Shown in pieces: positions 24,061-32,000 of a stretch of 32,000 nucleotides of DNA. The notes below the pieces were generated by a model. The model saw nothing but the letters and a program-made list of their open reading frames with translations, was not told the origin of the DNA and ran no database searches. Both the position numbers and the translations under genes were made by a program. Within the stretch, counting starts at the first letter, position 1. Every line of letters starts with the position of its first letter. The stretch comes from Thermococcus kodakarensis KOD1 (lineage in GTDB: Archaea; Methanobacteriota_B; Thermococci; Thermococcales; Thermococcaceae), in assembly GCF_000009965.1 (NCBI RefSeq), contig NC_006624.1, forward strand, positions 900,001 to 932,000. The letters run 5' to 3'.

Positions 24061-24759
24061 TCAGAGTGCCGATTTGTCGGGGTAAACGACCATTCCGTTT
24101 TCAGTTATCTCATATGGGCGTATAACGTTGTCAAAACCGCTTCCCCTGAACTTGGTTATTTTAAGCGCCCTTTCAAGCCGCCCTTCTTTCTGGAAGAGTT
24201 CAAGCTCTATTACTCCATTGACCAGGTACTCCTCGATGTCCGCTTGTTCCCCCTCTGCGGTAATTAGAACTGTTGTTCTAAGCCGCATCATGGTTTTGAT
24301 AAATGAGAGAAACGCCTTCCTGTACTCGAGTTCATCCGAGGACGTGAACTTGAGCATGGTTATCGGATCCACAACAACCCTGGAATAGCGCTTTGTCTTA
24401 AACTGCTCTTTAATTGCATCGGTGAGCTTGTTGAGGTTCTTTGCAAATGACTCAAAAAAGTCCTCGACGAGGACGTAGTGCTCGGTGGTGGGAGTGGCAT
24501 CTATCAGCGTGAAGTTCTCATTGTAAACGTCGAAGCCCATCCTGCTGAAATCCTGCTTTATGTTCTCCCCCGGCTCCTCAAGGGTAATGTAGAGAACGCT
24601 TTCTCCATTGGAAATCCCGGCCATGGCAAAATGCATCGCAAGGGTTGTCTTGCCAGTTCCAGGTGCCCCCTTTACCAAATACGTCCTGCCTGGAATCAAT
24701 CCGCCATTGAGCATTATATCCAGCCCTGGTATCCCCGTGGATATCCTGGCAGTTATCAT
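24061..24759 (-). CDS. KaiC/RecA-superfamily ATPase (single-domain KaiC-like, RAD55-type annotation)
   Basis: The STGIPGLDIMLNGGLIPG...GAPGTGKTT Walker A and RVVVDPI Walker B match the typical archaeal KaiC-like architecture. There is a 9-nt gap to the downstream eIF2B-like gene. Confidence 0.85.
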   Translation of the reverse strand: MITARISTGIPGLDIMLNGGLIPGRTYLVKGAPGTGKTTLAMHFAMAGISNGESVLYITLEEPGENIKQDFSRMGFDVYNENFTLIDATPTTEHYVLVEDFFESFAKNLNKLTDAIKEQFKTKRYSRVVVDPITMLKFTSSDELEYRKAFLSFIKTMMRLRTTVLITAEGEQADIEEYLVNGVIELELFQKEGRLERALKITKFRGSGFDNVIRPYEITENGMVVYPDKSAL

Positions 24760-24762
24760 TGT

Positions 24763-24818
24763 ATACTCCCACTGGAGTATTTAGTTAGTCAATTATAAGA
24801 ACTTTTCGGAGTTACTCC
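24763..24818 (-). promoter_or_regulatory. two palindromes sharing the half-site TACTCC/GGAGTA, flanking a TTATAA box upstream of the KaiC-like gene
   Basis: ATACTCC-CACT-GGAGTAT at 24763..24780 lies just upstream of ATG 24759. GGAGT-T-ACTCC lies at 24808..24818. TTATAA is at 24793..24798 between them. Confidence 0.4.
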
Positions 24819-24963
24819 AATTACACAAGTCTGCCCTCGAACCAGTGCTCACCGCAGGATATACATAAATATGCATGTTAATAGCCAGGATTAATAACCC
24901 ACCGTAATTCTTTTAACGCGAAGTCCTTATAAGGTGAGGGATTAACCGCGAGAGGTGGTTAAA

Positions 24964-27189
24964 ATGGTCAGGTACATGGTTACATCTGCGTTGCCTTACG
25001 CTAACGGGCCGATTCACGCTGGACATCTAGCTGGAGCGTACCTGCCGGCTGACATCTTCGTGCGCTATCTCCGCCTAAAGGGCGAGGAAGTTCTCTTCAT
25101 CTGCGGAACGGACGAACACGGAACGCCGATAACATTCCGCGCGCTCAAGGAAGGGAGAAGCCCGAGGGAGATCGTCGACGAATTCCACGAGCACATAAAG
25201 ACCACCTTCGAGAGGGCAAAGATAAGCTTCGACTTCTTCGGCAGAACGGAGCTTCCCGTCCACTACAGGCTGAGTCAGGAGTTCTTCCTCAAGGCCCTTG
25301 AGAACGGCCACCTTGTCAAAAAGGTCACCAAGCAGGCCTACTGCGAGCATGACAAGATGTTCCTCCCGGACAGGTACGTCATCGGCACCTGCCCCTACTG
25401 CGGCGCCGAAAACCAGAGGGGAGACCAGTGTGAGGTCTGCGGGCACCCGCTAACGCCCGAAATCCTCATCAACCCGCGCTGCAATATCTGTGGCAACCCA
25501 ATAACCTTCAAGGATTCAGCGCACTACTACATCCGCATGCAGGACTTCGAGGAAAGGCTTAAGAAGTGGGTTGAAAGCCAGGAGCACTGGAAGCCCAATG
25601 TTAGAAACACCGTCCTCGGCTGGATAAACGAGGGGCTTGAGGAGAGAGCTATAACGCGCGACCTCGACTGGGGTATTCCCGTTCCTCTGGATGATGAGGA
25701 CGTGAAGGGAAAGGTCCTCTACGTCTGGTTCGAGGCTCCGATAGGATACATCAGCATAACCATCGAGCACCTAAAGAGGGAAGGAAAGGAGAACGAGTGG
25801 AAGAAGTTCTGGCTCAACCTCGACGGCGAAACAAAGGTCATTCACTTCATCGGCAAGGACAACATCCCGTTCCACGCGATATTCTGGCCCGCCTTCCTAA
25901 TGGCCTACGGCAAGTACAGAGATGAGGAAGTCGAGGCCGAGTGGAACCTGCCCTACGACATCCCCGCGAACGAGTACCTCAACCTTGAGGGCAAGAAGTT
26001 CTCAACGAGCAGGAACTGGGCGATATGGGTTCACGAGTTCCTCGACGTCTGGCCCGCTGACTACCTGAGGTACTACCTCACCGCCATAATGCCCGAGACG
26101 AGGGACAGCGACTTCTCCTTTGAGGACTTCAAGAAGAAGATCAACGAGGAGCTTGTGAACAACCTCGGTAACTTCGTTCACAGGGCCATGACCTTCGTTA
26201 ACAGGTACTTTGACGGCGTCGTCCCGGAGAGAGGAGAGCTGAACGACCTCGACAGGCAAGCCCTCGAAGAGATAGAGAAAGCCTTCAAGGAGACTGGAGA
26301 GCTAATCTCCAACTACCGCTTCAAAGACGCTTTAAAGAGGGTCATGGAGCTGGCCATATTCGGAAACCGCTACTTCGACTACCAGAAGCCGTGGAAGACC
26401 GCTAAGGAGAACCGCGAGAGGACGGCAACGACCGTCAACGTCTCGCTCCAGATCGTCAAGGCCCTTGGAATACTCCTCGAGCCGTTCCTGCCAGATGCCA
26501 GCGAGAAGATATGGCACCTCCTAAACCTCGAGGAAGTCAAGAAGTGGAGCTTTGAAGAGCTCCCAGCCGGGCACAGGGTAAGGAAGGCCTTCCCGATGTT
26601 CAGGAAGGTAACTGACGGGGAGATAATATACTTCATAGTGAACTACATCGGCAGGGGCAACCCGGACAGCGCGAAGATTCTCCTAAACAAGTACTACAAG
26701 CAGGAAGACGTCGTTAAGGTCACCCTTGAGCGCTTCGGAGAGAAGAGGAAGGACGAAGCTCTAGCGCTCCTTAAGTCAATCTACGGTGATGAGTTCAAGG
26801 GCGAAAAGCCCGAAAAGGCCGGTAAGGCCGAGAAAAAGGAGAAGGTTAAGGAGGGTAAAAAGATGGAGTACGTGAGTTTTGACGAGTTCGCCAAGCTGGA
26901 TTTGAGGGTTGGAAAGATAATAGAGGTCAATGACCACCCGAACGCGGACAGGCTCTACGTTGTCAAGGTTGACCTTGGGGACGAGGTCAGGCAGCTCGTA
27001 GCCGGGCTTAAGAAGTATTACAAGCCCGAAGAGCTTCTCGGCCACTACGTCGTCATCATAGCCAACCTCGAACCCAAGAAGCTCCGCGGCGTGGAGAGCC
27101 AGGGGATGCTGCTGGCAGCGGACGACGGCGAGCGCGTTGCCCTGCTCATGCCGGACAAAGAGGTAAAGCTCGGGGCAAGGATAAGGTAA
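24964..27189 (+). CDS. metG: methionine--tRNA ligase with C-terminal Trbp111/EMAP-like tRNA-binding domain
   Basis: PYANGPIHAGH (HIGH motif), KFSTSR (KMSKS motif) and zinc knuckles CPYCG...CEVCG / CNICG. The C-terminus LDLRVGKI...HPNADRLYV...LVAG forms an OB domain. The ATG at 24964 follows GAGGTGG. Confidence 0.95.
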   Translation: MVRYMVTSALPYANGPIHAGHLAGAYLPADIFVRYLRLKGEEVLFICGTDEHGTPITFRALKEGRSPREIVDEFHEHIKTTFERAKISFDFFGRTELPVHYRLSQEFFLKALENGHLVKKVTKQAYCEHDKMFLPDRYVIGTCPYCGAENQRGDQCEVCGHPLTPEILINPRCNICGNPITFKDSAHYYIRMQDFEERLKKWVESQEHWKPNVRNTVLGWINEGLEERAITRDLDWGIPVPLDDEDVKGKVLYVWFEAPIGYISITIEHLKREGKENEWKKFWLNLDGETKVIHFIGKDNIPFHAIFWPAFLMAYGKYRDEEVEAEWNLPYDIPANEYLNLEGKKFSTSRNWAIWVHEFLDVWPADYLRYYLTAIMPETRDSDFSFEDFKKKINEELVNNLGNFVHRAMTFVNRYFDGVVPERGELNDLDRQALEEIEKAFKETGELISNYRFKDALKRVMELAIFGNRYFDYQKPWKTAKENRERTATTVNVSLQIVKALGILLEPFLPDASEKIWHLLNLEEVKKWSFEELPAGHRVRKAFPMFRKVTDGEIIYFIVNYIGRGNPDSAKILLNKYYKQEDVVKVTLERFGEKRKDEALALLKSIYGDEFKGEKPEKAGKAEKKEKVKEGKKMEYVSFDEFAKLDLRVGKIIEVNDHPNADRLYVVKVDLGDEVRQLVAGLKKYYKPEELLGHYVVIIANLEPKKLRGVESQGMLLAADDGERVALLMPDKEVKLGARIR

Positions 27190-27193
27190 AAAA

Positions 27194-28156
27194 TCAGAGG
27201 GTCAGCTCGACCCAGTTTTCTCTTCCCTTTTTGTACACCCTTACGAGTCCCTGCTTCTCAAGCCGCTGGAACATCCTCCAGGCGGTTGTCTTTGGTATTC
27301 CAAGCTCGTTCCTGACGTCAGACTGTCTGGCCACGCCCCCGCGGTCGTAGATGTAGAGAAGGGCTTTCTTTTCTTCGTCGTTGAGGTTCATTGAGTCAAG
27401 CTTTTTCTCAAGCTCCTCTCTGTTTATTTTTTGTACTATGCTAGTGGTATCATCGCTGTTTTCATTGCCGCCTGTCTTGCCCTTGAAATACCACAGAGCC
27501 CCCACTACCACAGCTAACAGCACAACAAGGACACCTATCAATACTAGGCTCGAGCTACCACCTTTGCTGGAAGTTGTGGAGGATTCACTGACGCCTGCCG
27601 TAGTTGTGGAAGAAGTACTCGATTGACTTTGAGGCGTTGTCTGGGTGGATGTTGATGTTGACGTCTCTGTCTCGGTTGGAGGAGGTAAGATATAGGAGAC
27701 GCTTATGTTTCCTGGGGGCATAACTAAATATTCGTCCGTTATTTCAACTGGGATCTCGCTCAGGTCAACTATAATCGCCCCCTCGGGGAGAACTATCTTA
27801 ACCGGAACGTCCGAACTGAAAGCAACAGTCCAGACTTCCCCCGATTTCGAGGTAATGGACGCGGTATAGTAGGTTATGTTAGCAACTGTTGCACTGCCCA
27901 TTATTTCAAGAGTGGATCCATTGACGTTGTAGAATAGGGGCTCACCGTTTTTGTCAAGAACCAGAAGGGCATCAACCTTATCGGAGAGGAGCGGGACAAC
28001 GTTAACAACAGAATAGTTATCGAGGGCAACGAGTTCCTCGACCCTGACGTACCCGGTTGGGTCAACTGTTACTTCCAGCGAAACAACCTCCTGGGCCTTC
28101 ACAAATGAGGAGATTAAAAATAGAAACACAAATAGGGCTACTGCCACTCTTTTCAC
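27194..28156 (-). CDS. membrane-tethered winged-helix regulator: signal peptide, extracellular beta domain, S/T stalk, one TM helix, cytoplasmic wHTH (COG2512-like architecture)
   Basis: Domain order: MKRVAVALFVFLFLISSFVKA-QE signal, ~135-aa beta-rich domain, TETETSTSTSTQTT... linker, LVLIGVLVVLLAVVVGALWYF TM helix, then C-terminal LLYIYDRGGVARQSDVRNELGIPKTTAWRMFQRLEKQGLV (MarR/TrmB-like wHTH). GTG start with GGGAGGG upstream. Confidence 0.8.
   Translation of the reverse strand: MKRVAVALFVFLFLISSFVKAQEVVSLEVTVDPTGYVRVEELVALDNYSVVNVVPLLSDKVDALLVLDKNGEPLFYNVNGSTLEIMGSATVANITYYTASITSKSGEVWTVAFSSDVPVKIVLPEGAIIVDLSEIPVEITDEYLVMPPGNISVSYILPPPTETETSTSTSTQTTPQSQSSTSSTTTAGVSESSTTSSKGGSSSLVLIGVLVVLLAVVVGALWYFKGKTGGNENSDDTTSIVQKINREELEKKLDSMNLNDEEKKALLYIYDRGGVARQSDVRNELGIPKTTAWRMFQRLEKQGLVRVYKKGRENWVELTL
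27548..27685 (-). repeat. low-complexity Ser/Thr-rich stalk coding region
   Basis: Encodes PPPTETETSTSTSTQTTPQSQSSTSSTTTAGVSESSTTSSKGGSSS directly before the TM helix. Confidence 0.7.
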
Positions 28157-28201
28157 CTTTTCATCCCTCCCGAAAAAGGTAGTAAAAAGGGATTATAGTC
28201 T

Positions 28202-29254
28202 TTACGGCCTTTCAGAGCTGTGGGCTTTGTCGTGTCCTCTGCCAGGGTTGGGGGTAATCGGTGGCTTCCACGGCAGGTTGCCCATTCTCATGTTCTTCAT
28301 CAGTAGTATTCTAATTTCCATAAGTTTTCTGTTGATTTCGACGAGGAGCTCCTGGACTCTCTCACGATCGCCCCGTAGGGAGGCTTGTTCGAGTTCCCTT
28401 CTGAGTGCCTTTAGTTCCTGTATCTTTTCCGTCAAGTTTGCTATGACGTTCCTGTTCTCTCTTATCCTGGACATATTCTCGATAACAGCCTCGTTTATTC
28501 CCATCAGCTTAGGCATCAGCTCGTCGAGCGCTTTGAGCTGCCTGCCAACGGCCTTAACTGCCTGAACCTTGAAAGTCCGCGAAGTCACCAGGATTATCTG
28601 CCTGTGGAGTTCCGCTCTAGCCTGTACCAGTTCTGGAAAGTCCTCTTTTAGAAGGGTGAAGTTGCCACTCGTCAGGTCTTCTTCAACTTTCTCCACAAGG
28701 GTTTTAGTCAGGTTGTATGCCGAGACGAACTCGGGGGTAACGTTGGTGCGGTTCATTATCAGCTCGGCGTACTTAAGCTCCCTCACTGCCATCTCAAGCT
28801 GCACTCTCACGGCATTCTGGAGCTTCCACATCTCCATTCCAGGTGAAATCTCTTTTTCCTCTTCCCCGGCAGCCGCACCTTGCTTCAGCGTCATTATGAC
28901 CTCTTTATAGAGGTGCATGGCCTCAATGGCGTACCTGACCGTTTCAGTGTGATTTCCTAACCTGTAAGCTTCCCAGGCCTTTTCCCTGAGCTCGTTTGCC
29001 CTGTTGTAAACCGAGAGTGTCTCATTGCTCACGTTGGATGTGCTGATCCGTTGCGCAGTGTAGTTGGCGAGCCTGTCCACGACCTTCAGCAGGCCGAGAG
29101 TTGAGTTTGCTGTACTGTTGGTCTCATTGTTAACATCATCTCTGAGAACTTCACTCTCACCGCTGCTGGATGTTACACTGTCCGCCAGTACCACGGCGCC
29201 CGTTGATGCCAGCATGATCATAACCATAAAGAGGGCAACTACTTTCTCCTTCAT
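28202..29254 (-). CDS. secreted all-helical/coiled-coil protein with dense N-glycosylation sequons (uncharacterised)
   Basis: Signal peptide MKEKVVALFMVMIMLASTGAVVLA. 13 N-x-S/T sequons. Long heptad-like helices. No TM anchor. It lies 45 nt upstream of the membrane-tethered regulator gene. Confidence 0.75.
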   Translation of the reverse strand: MKEKVVALFMVMIMLASTGAVVLADSVTSSSGESEVLRDDVNNETNSTANSTLGLLKVVDRLANYTAQRISTSNVSNETLSVYNRANELREKAWEAYRLGNHTETVRYAIEAMHLYKEVIMTLKQGAAAGEEEKEISPGMEMWKLQNAVRVQLEMAVRELKYAELIMNRTNVTPEFVSAYNLTKTLVEKVEEDLTSGNFTLLKEDFPELVQARAELHRQIILVTSRTFKVQAVKAVGRQLKALDELMPKLMGINEAVIENMSRIRENRNVIANLTEKIQELKALRRELEQASLRGDRERVQELLVEINRKLMEIRILLMKNMRMGNLPWKPPITPNPGRGHDKAHSSERP

Positions 29255-29368
29255 ATCCCATCACCATATTCAAGTGTGCCCCATAAGGTTATTAGGAATT
29301 CGGGAGAAACGAGGTGTTTAAACGTTTCCAAATGTTCCAGCCAGCGAAAACAAAGATCACAATGCTCA

Positions 29369-29650
29369 TCAGACTTTTCCATGCTTTTCTAGTTCCCTAA
29401 CAAGCAAAGCGACGTTGCAGATGCCTTCTAGTATGCTTCCAAAACCGGGGTTCTCACCGAACTGGGCGAAGAGGCTTCCGAAATTGGGGTGCCAGGCATC
29501 AACCTGCTTTCTGCCCTTGGCCGTAATGATGTAGATTACCCAGCCTTTATCTTCTAGCATCTCCACCAGTTTCCAGGCATTGGTCATGTCTTTCTCGTCC
29601 TTTACCTCAATCCCAAATTCCTCGCGGACTTTTTCAAACAGCTCGTTCAT
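29369..29650 (-). CDS. small hypothetical protein (93 aa)
   Basis: ORF with coding-like composition, co-directional with and 35 nt downstream of the TauE-like gene. No family recognised. Confidence 0.55.
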   Translation of the reverse strand: MNELFEKVREEFGIEVKDEKDMTNAWKLVEMLEDKGWVIYIITAKGRKQVDAWHPNFGSLFAQFGENPGFGSILEGICNVALLVRELEKHGKV

Positions 29651-29685
29651 TTTACATCACCCCGCCTCAAACCACCAGAGTTTGT

Positions 29686-30417
29686 CTAAAGGAGCATTCT
29701 AACCGCCACTATCGCAAGTAGCGCGGCAAATCCTGCTCTCAGTGACCTTGGGTTGACCCTTGAAACGGTCTTTGCGCCAAGTCTCGCCCCCATAATCAGT
29801 CCCGGGGCCAAAAAGAGAACGATGTTGGGCTGAACATGACCCAGGCGCCAGTGTTCGAAAGTTCCGGCCAGGGCAGTGAAGAGCAGTGCGAGACTCGACG
29901 TTCCAACCGCATATTTGATCGGAATCCCGACAAGGGTGTGGAAGAGCGGGACGTTCAAGATACCCCCACTGACACCCAACAGTCCCGAAACCAGTCCCGA
30001 AACCAGCCCGACCAGGGGGACGTTCCTGTACTCTATTTTGCCCTTCTCCATTTCACAGTCTCCTTTCTTTGAGCGGAGCATTGCGACTGCGAGATACAAG
30101 AGAAGCACTCCAAAAACAACCCTCAAAAGTCGTTCAGGGAGATGTGAAGAAAGATAAGCGCCTAGGATAGCGGAGGGGATGGAAAACATCTCCTTGAGGA
30201 GAACGACTCGGTAAAGAACCCTTCCACTCCTAAGGTGAGTGTAAGCCGAGGCCAGAGCACTTATGGAGATGCAGGCCAGGCTCGTACCTATTGCCTTGTG
30301 GATTGGAACGCCGAGGATTACCAGGGAGGGCACCAGGAGGAAGCCCCCACCAACACCGAAAAGTCCAGCGACAAAGCCTATCACAAGCCCCAGGATCAAA
30401 TAAGTAATCAAACCCAC
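29686..30417 (-). CDS. TauE/SafE (DUF81) family anion exporter membrane protein
   Basis: 243 aa, about 7-8 TM helices with an internal duplication. GVGGGFLLVP and GVSGGILNVP motifs are typical of the family. Confidence 0.85.
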   Translation of the reverse strand: MGLITYLILGLVIGFVAGLFGVGGGFLLVPSLVILGVPIHKAIGTSLACISISALASAYTHLRSGRVLYRVVLLKEMFSIPSAILGAYLSSHLPERLLRVVFGVLLLYLAVAMLRSKKGDCEMEKGKIEYRNVPLVGLVSGLVSGLLGVSGGILNVPLFHTLVGIPIKYAVGTSSLALLFTALAGTFEHWRLGHVQPNIVLFLAPGLIMGARLGAKTVSRVNPRSLRAGFAALLAIVAVRMLL

Positions 30418-30424
30418 TTTTCTG

Positions 30425-30958
30425 TTACCCCCCGCGATATTTTAGCACTACAAACCCCCTGTAATCCATGACCTTAACGAAGCCCCTCCTGAGGTAGTAC
30501 TCGTAGGCCTCAAGGTTGGGGAACGTTATGATGTACGGATCCTTTCCGAGGTTTTTAAGTCTCTCTATTGCGAAGCCCAAAAGCTTTGAACCGTAGCCCT
30601 TTCCCTTGTAATCAGGGTGAACCATAAAGAACTCAATGAGGCCCGTCTTTTCGTCCTTTATCTCCTCAGGTACCCACCATACGTCTTTGCCTTCAAGGTT
30701 GTAAACGAGGGCAACGGTTCCCGCGATCTTTCCATCGTTATCCCTGAGAACGTAGAGCTCGTCGAATTCCTTTCCGAGCCTGAACTCAAGGAATGGTTCA
30801 TAAACCTTCTTAAAGCCATCAAAATCGTCGGGAGAAGGCTTATTTTCCACCCATTCAAGGGCCGGATAGGCCCCATTTGTTGACTGGTAAACCCTGAAGA
30901 CGAACTTCAGGAGCTCGTCCTTGAGGGAGAGCGGGTTTTTGACCCTTTCAATTCTCAT
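30425..30958 (-). CDS. GNAT-family N-acetyltransferase
   Basis: FFMVHPDYKGKGYGSKLLGFAIERLK is the acetyl-CoA binding motif A (R/Q-x-x-G-x-G/A type). 177 aa. Confidence 0.8.
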   Translation of the reverse strand: MRIERVKNPLSLKDELLKFVFRVYQSTNGAYPALEWVENKPSPDDFDGFKKVYEPFLEFRLGKEFDELYVLRDNDGKIAGTVALVYNLEGKDVWWVPEEIKDEKTGLIEFFMVHPDYKGKGYGSKLLGFAIERLKNLGKDPYIITFPNLEAYEYYLRRGFVKVMDYRGFVVLKYRGG

Positions 30959-31018
30959 GGTATCACCTCTGCCATTTTCGCACTACTTTAAAAGAGGCTT
31001 TTGGTTCGAAGGGAAAGC

Positions 31019-31026
31019 TTAAATAT
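31019..31026 (+). promoter_or_regulatory. TATA box (TTAAATAT) for the bcp gene
   Basis: Preceded by GGGAAAGC, about 31-38 nt upstream of ATG 31057. GGTGA SD at 31047..31051. Confidence 0.5.
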
Positions 31027-31056
31027 TAGGAAAACCTAACTAATCTGGTGATAACC

Positions 31057-31521
31057 ATGAACTATCTGGAGATAAAAGTGCTCGATGAGAACGGTGAGGG
31101 GAAGCCCCTGAAGGACTTCGTCCTCGGAAGGTGGACGGTTCTCTACTTCTACCCAAAGGACAACACTCCCGGCTGCACCACAGAGGCAAAGGAGTTCAGC
31201 GAGCTCATTGAAGAGTTTGAAAAGCTCGGCGTCCAAGTCATCGGTGTCTCCCGTGATTCCCCCGGGAGCCACAGGAAGTTTAGGGAGAAGCATAACCTCA
31301 AGGTCAAGCTCCTGAGCGACCCGAACGCAGAGCTACATAAGGCACTCGGAGCTTGGGGCAAGAAGAAGAGGTATGGGAAGGAGTACGAGGGGGCGATAAG
31401 GAGCACATTCATTCTAAATCCAGAAGGAGAGATCGTCTGGAAGAAAATAAACGTGAGGGCAAAAGGACACGCGGCCAAGGTTCTCGAAGAAGTCAAAAAG
31501 CTAATAGGGAGTGAGGAGTAA
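31057..31521 (+). CDS. bcp: thiol peroxidase / peroxiredoxin, Bcp (PrxQ) type
   Basis: The YFYPKDNTPGCTTEA peroxidatic Cys motif in a thioredoxin fold of about 154 aa. Confidence 0.9.
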   Translation: MNYLEIKVLDENGEGKPLKDFVLGRWTVLYFYPKDNTPGCTTEAKEFSELIEEFEKLGVQVIGVSRDSPGSHRKFREKHNLKVKLLSDPNAELHKALGAWGKKKRYGKEYEGAIRSTFILNPEGEIVWKKINVRAKGHAAKVLEEVKKLIGSEE

Positions 31522-31538
31522 AGTAAGGTGGTGATATC

Positions 31539-32000
31539 ATGAACGAGCTTGAAGCCCTAGCCCTGGCCCTTGAGGTCGAGAAGAACGAGCTTAAGTTCTA
31601 CCTGAAGCTCGCAAGAAAAACAACCGATGAGAGGGCCAGAAAGATGTTCCTCTTTCTGGCGAAGGAAGAGGCCGAGCACTGGGACCTCTTTGAGGAGAAG
31701 TTCGTTGAGAGGCTCATTGAGAAGTGCGAACTCCCTCCTGTGGACAAAGAGCTCGCCCAAAAGCTGATCGTCGAGGAGCCCGAGACCCTCAGCGAGGTCG
31801 AGGCAGTGAAGATCGGCATGGAACAGGAGAAGCTCACCTGGGAGTTCTACGAGAAGGCCGCGAAGGAGGCCGAACACGAGAGCGTCAGGAGACTCTTTGA
31901 AGAGCTGGCCAAGGTGGAGAAGGGCCACTACGAGCTTCTGAAGGCCCAGTACGACTCTGTCATGCAGACGGGCATATGGATGGACTACCAGGACTTCAGC
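31539..32000 (+). CDS. rubrerythrin/ferritin-like diiron four-helix-bundle protein (3'-truncated by window end)
   Basis: Absent from the ORF track because no stop is reached. The ATG at 31539 follows GGTGGTGA. The translation MNELEALALALEVEKNELKFY...AKEEAEHW...GMEQEKLTWEFY...AKVEKGHYELL shows E, ExxH, E, ExxH diiron ligand spacing. Confidence 0.8.
   Translation, partial: MNELEALALALEVEKNELKFYLKLARKTTDERARKMFLFLAKEEAEHWDLFEEKFVERLIEKCELPPVDKELAQKLIVEEPETLSEVEAVKIGMEQEKLTWEFYEKAAKEAEHESVRRLFEELAKVEKGHYELLKAQYDSVMQTGIWMDYQDFS

Noticed and set aside
30996-31012. GGTTCGAA string reminiscent of a tRNA T-arm in the GNAT/bcp intergenic region
   Set aside because: The flanking bases do not form a T-stem. 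There is no acceptor, D or anticodon arm. The 88-nt region is already occupied by two divergent promoters.
1-32000. Search for CRISPR arrays, IS elements, integrases, long direct/inverted repeats, and rRNA/tRNA genes
   Set aside because: I found no regularly spaced 25-40 nt repeats, no transposase- or integrase-like ORFs, no terminal inverted repeats, and no intergenic region long enough (the longest is about 217 nt) to hold a structured RNA gene with recognisable motifs. The only mobile-type element is the VapBC-like TA pair. This is a by-eye scan, so short or degenerate repeats could have been missed.

Overview
This window is a gene-dense, chromosomal-looking segment from a hyperthermophilic euryarchaeon, very probably Thermococcales (Thermococcus-like). 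Evidence: BRE/TATA-type promoters, GGTGA/GGAGG Shine-Dalgarno motifs, frequent 4-nt ATGA gene overlaps, GGGP synthase (archaeal ether lipids), ABCE1, an archaeal-type MetRS with a C-terminal tRNA-binding domain, a 2-phosphoglycerate kinase + cyclic-2,3-diphosphoglycerate synthetase pair, and a surface protein with an S/T stalk and a Cys-Gly C-terminal anchor.

I call 34 protein-coding genes. The last is truncated by the window end and is absent from the ORF track. I see no rRNA, tRNA, CRISPR array, transposase, integrase or long repeat. Several ORF-track entries are N-terminally over-extended from GTG/TTG starts, or are antisense artefacts of the GAG/GAA/AAG-rich codon usage.

Four regions are the best candidates for undescribed biology:
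1. 14636..18608: an ArsR-type regulator with a perfect 9-bp inverted-repeat operator over its promoter, followed by a 4-TM/beta-rich protein, a DUF4097-like 8x VNGxI repeat protein and an MFS transporter. This looks like an archaeal counterpart of bacterial envelope-stress triads.
2. 27194..29254: a membrane-tethered winged-helix regulator with an extracellular domain, next to a secreted, heavily sequon-decorated helical protein.
3. 7973..12022: a PD-(D/E)xK (HsdR-N-like) protein translationally coupled to a JAMM/MPN+ isopeptidase, divergent from a coupled operon of Ntn-amidotransferase-like protein, CBS protein and tandem metallophosphoesterase whose second domain is degenerate.
4. 19250..23209: a 1319-aa secreted multidomain protein.

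All functional calls rest on motif recognition by eye; no database search was run.
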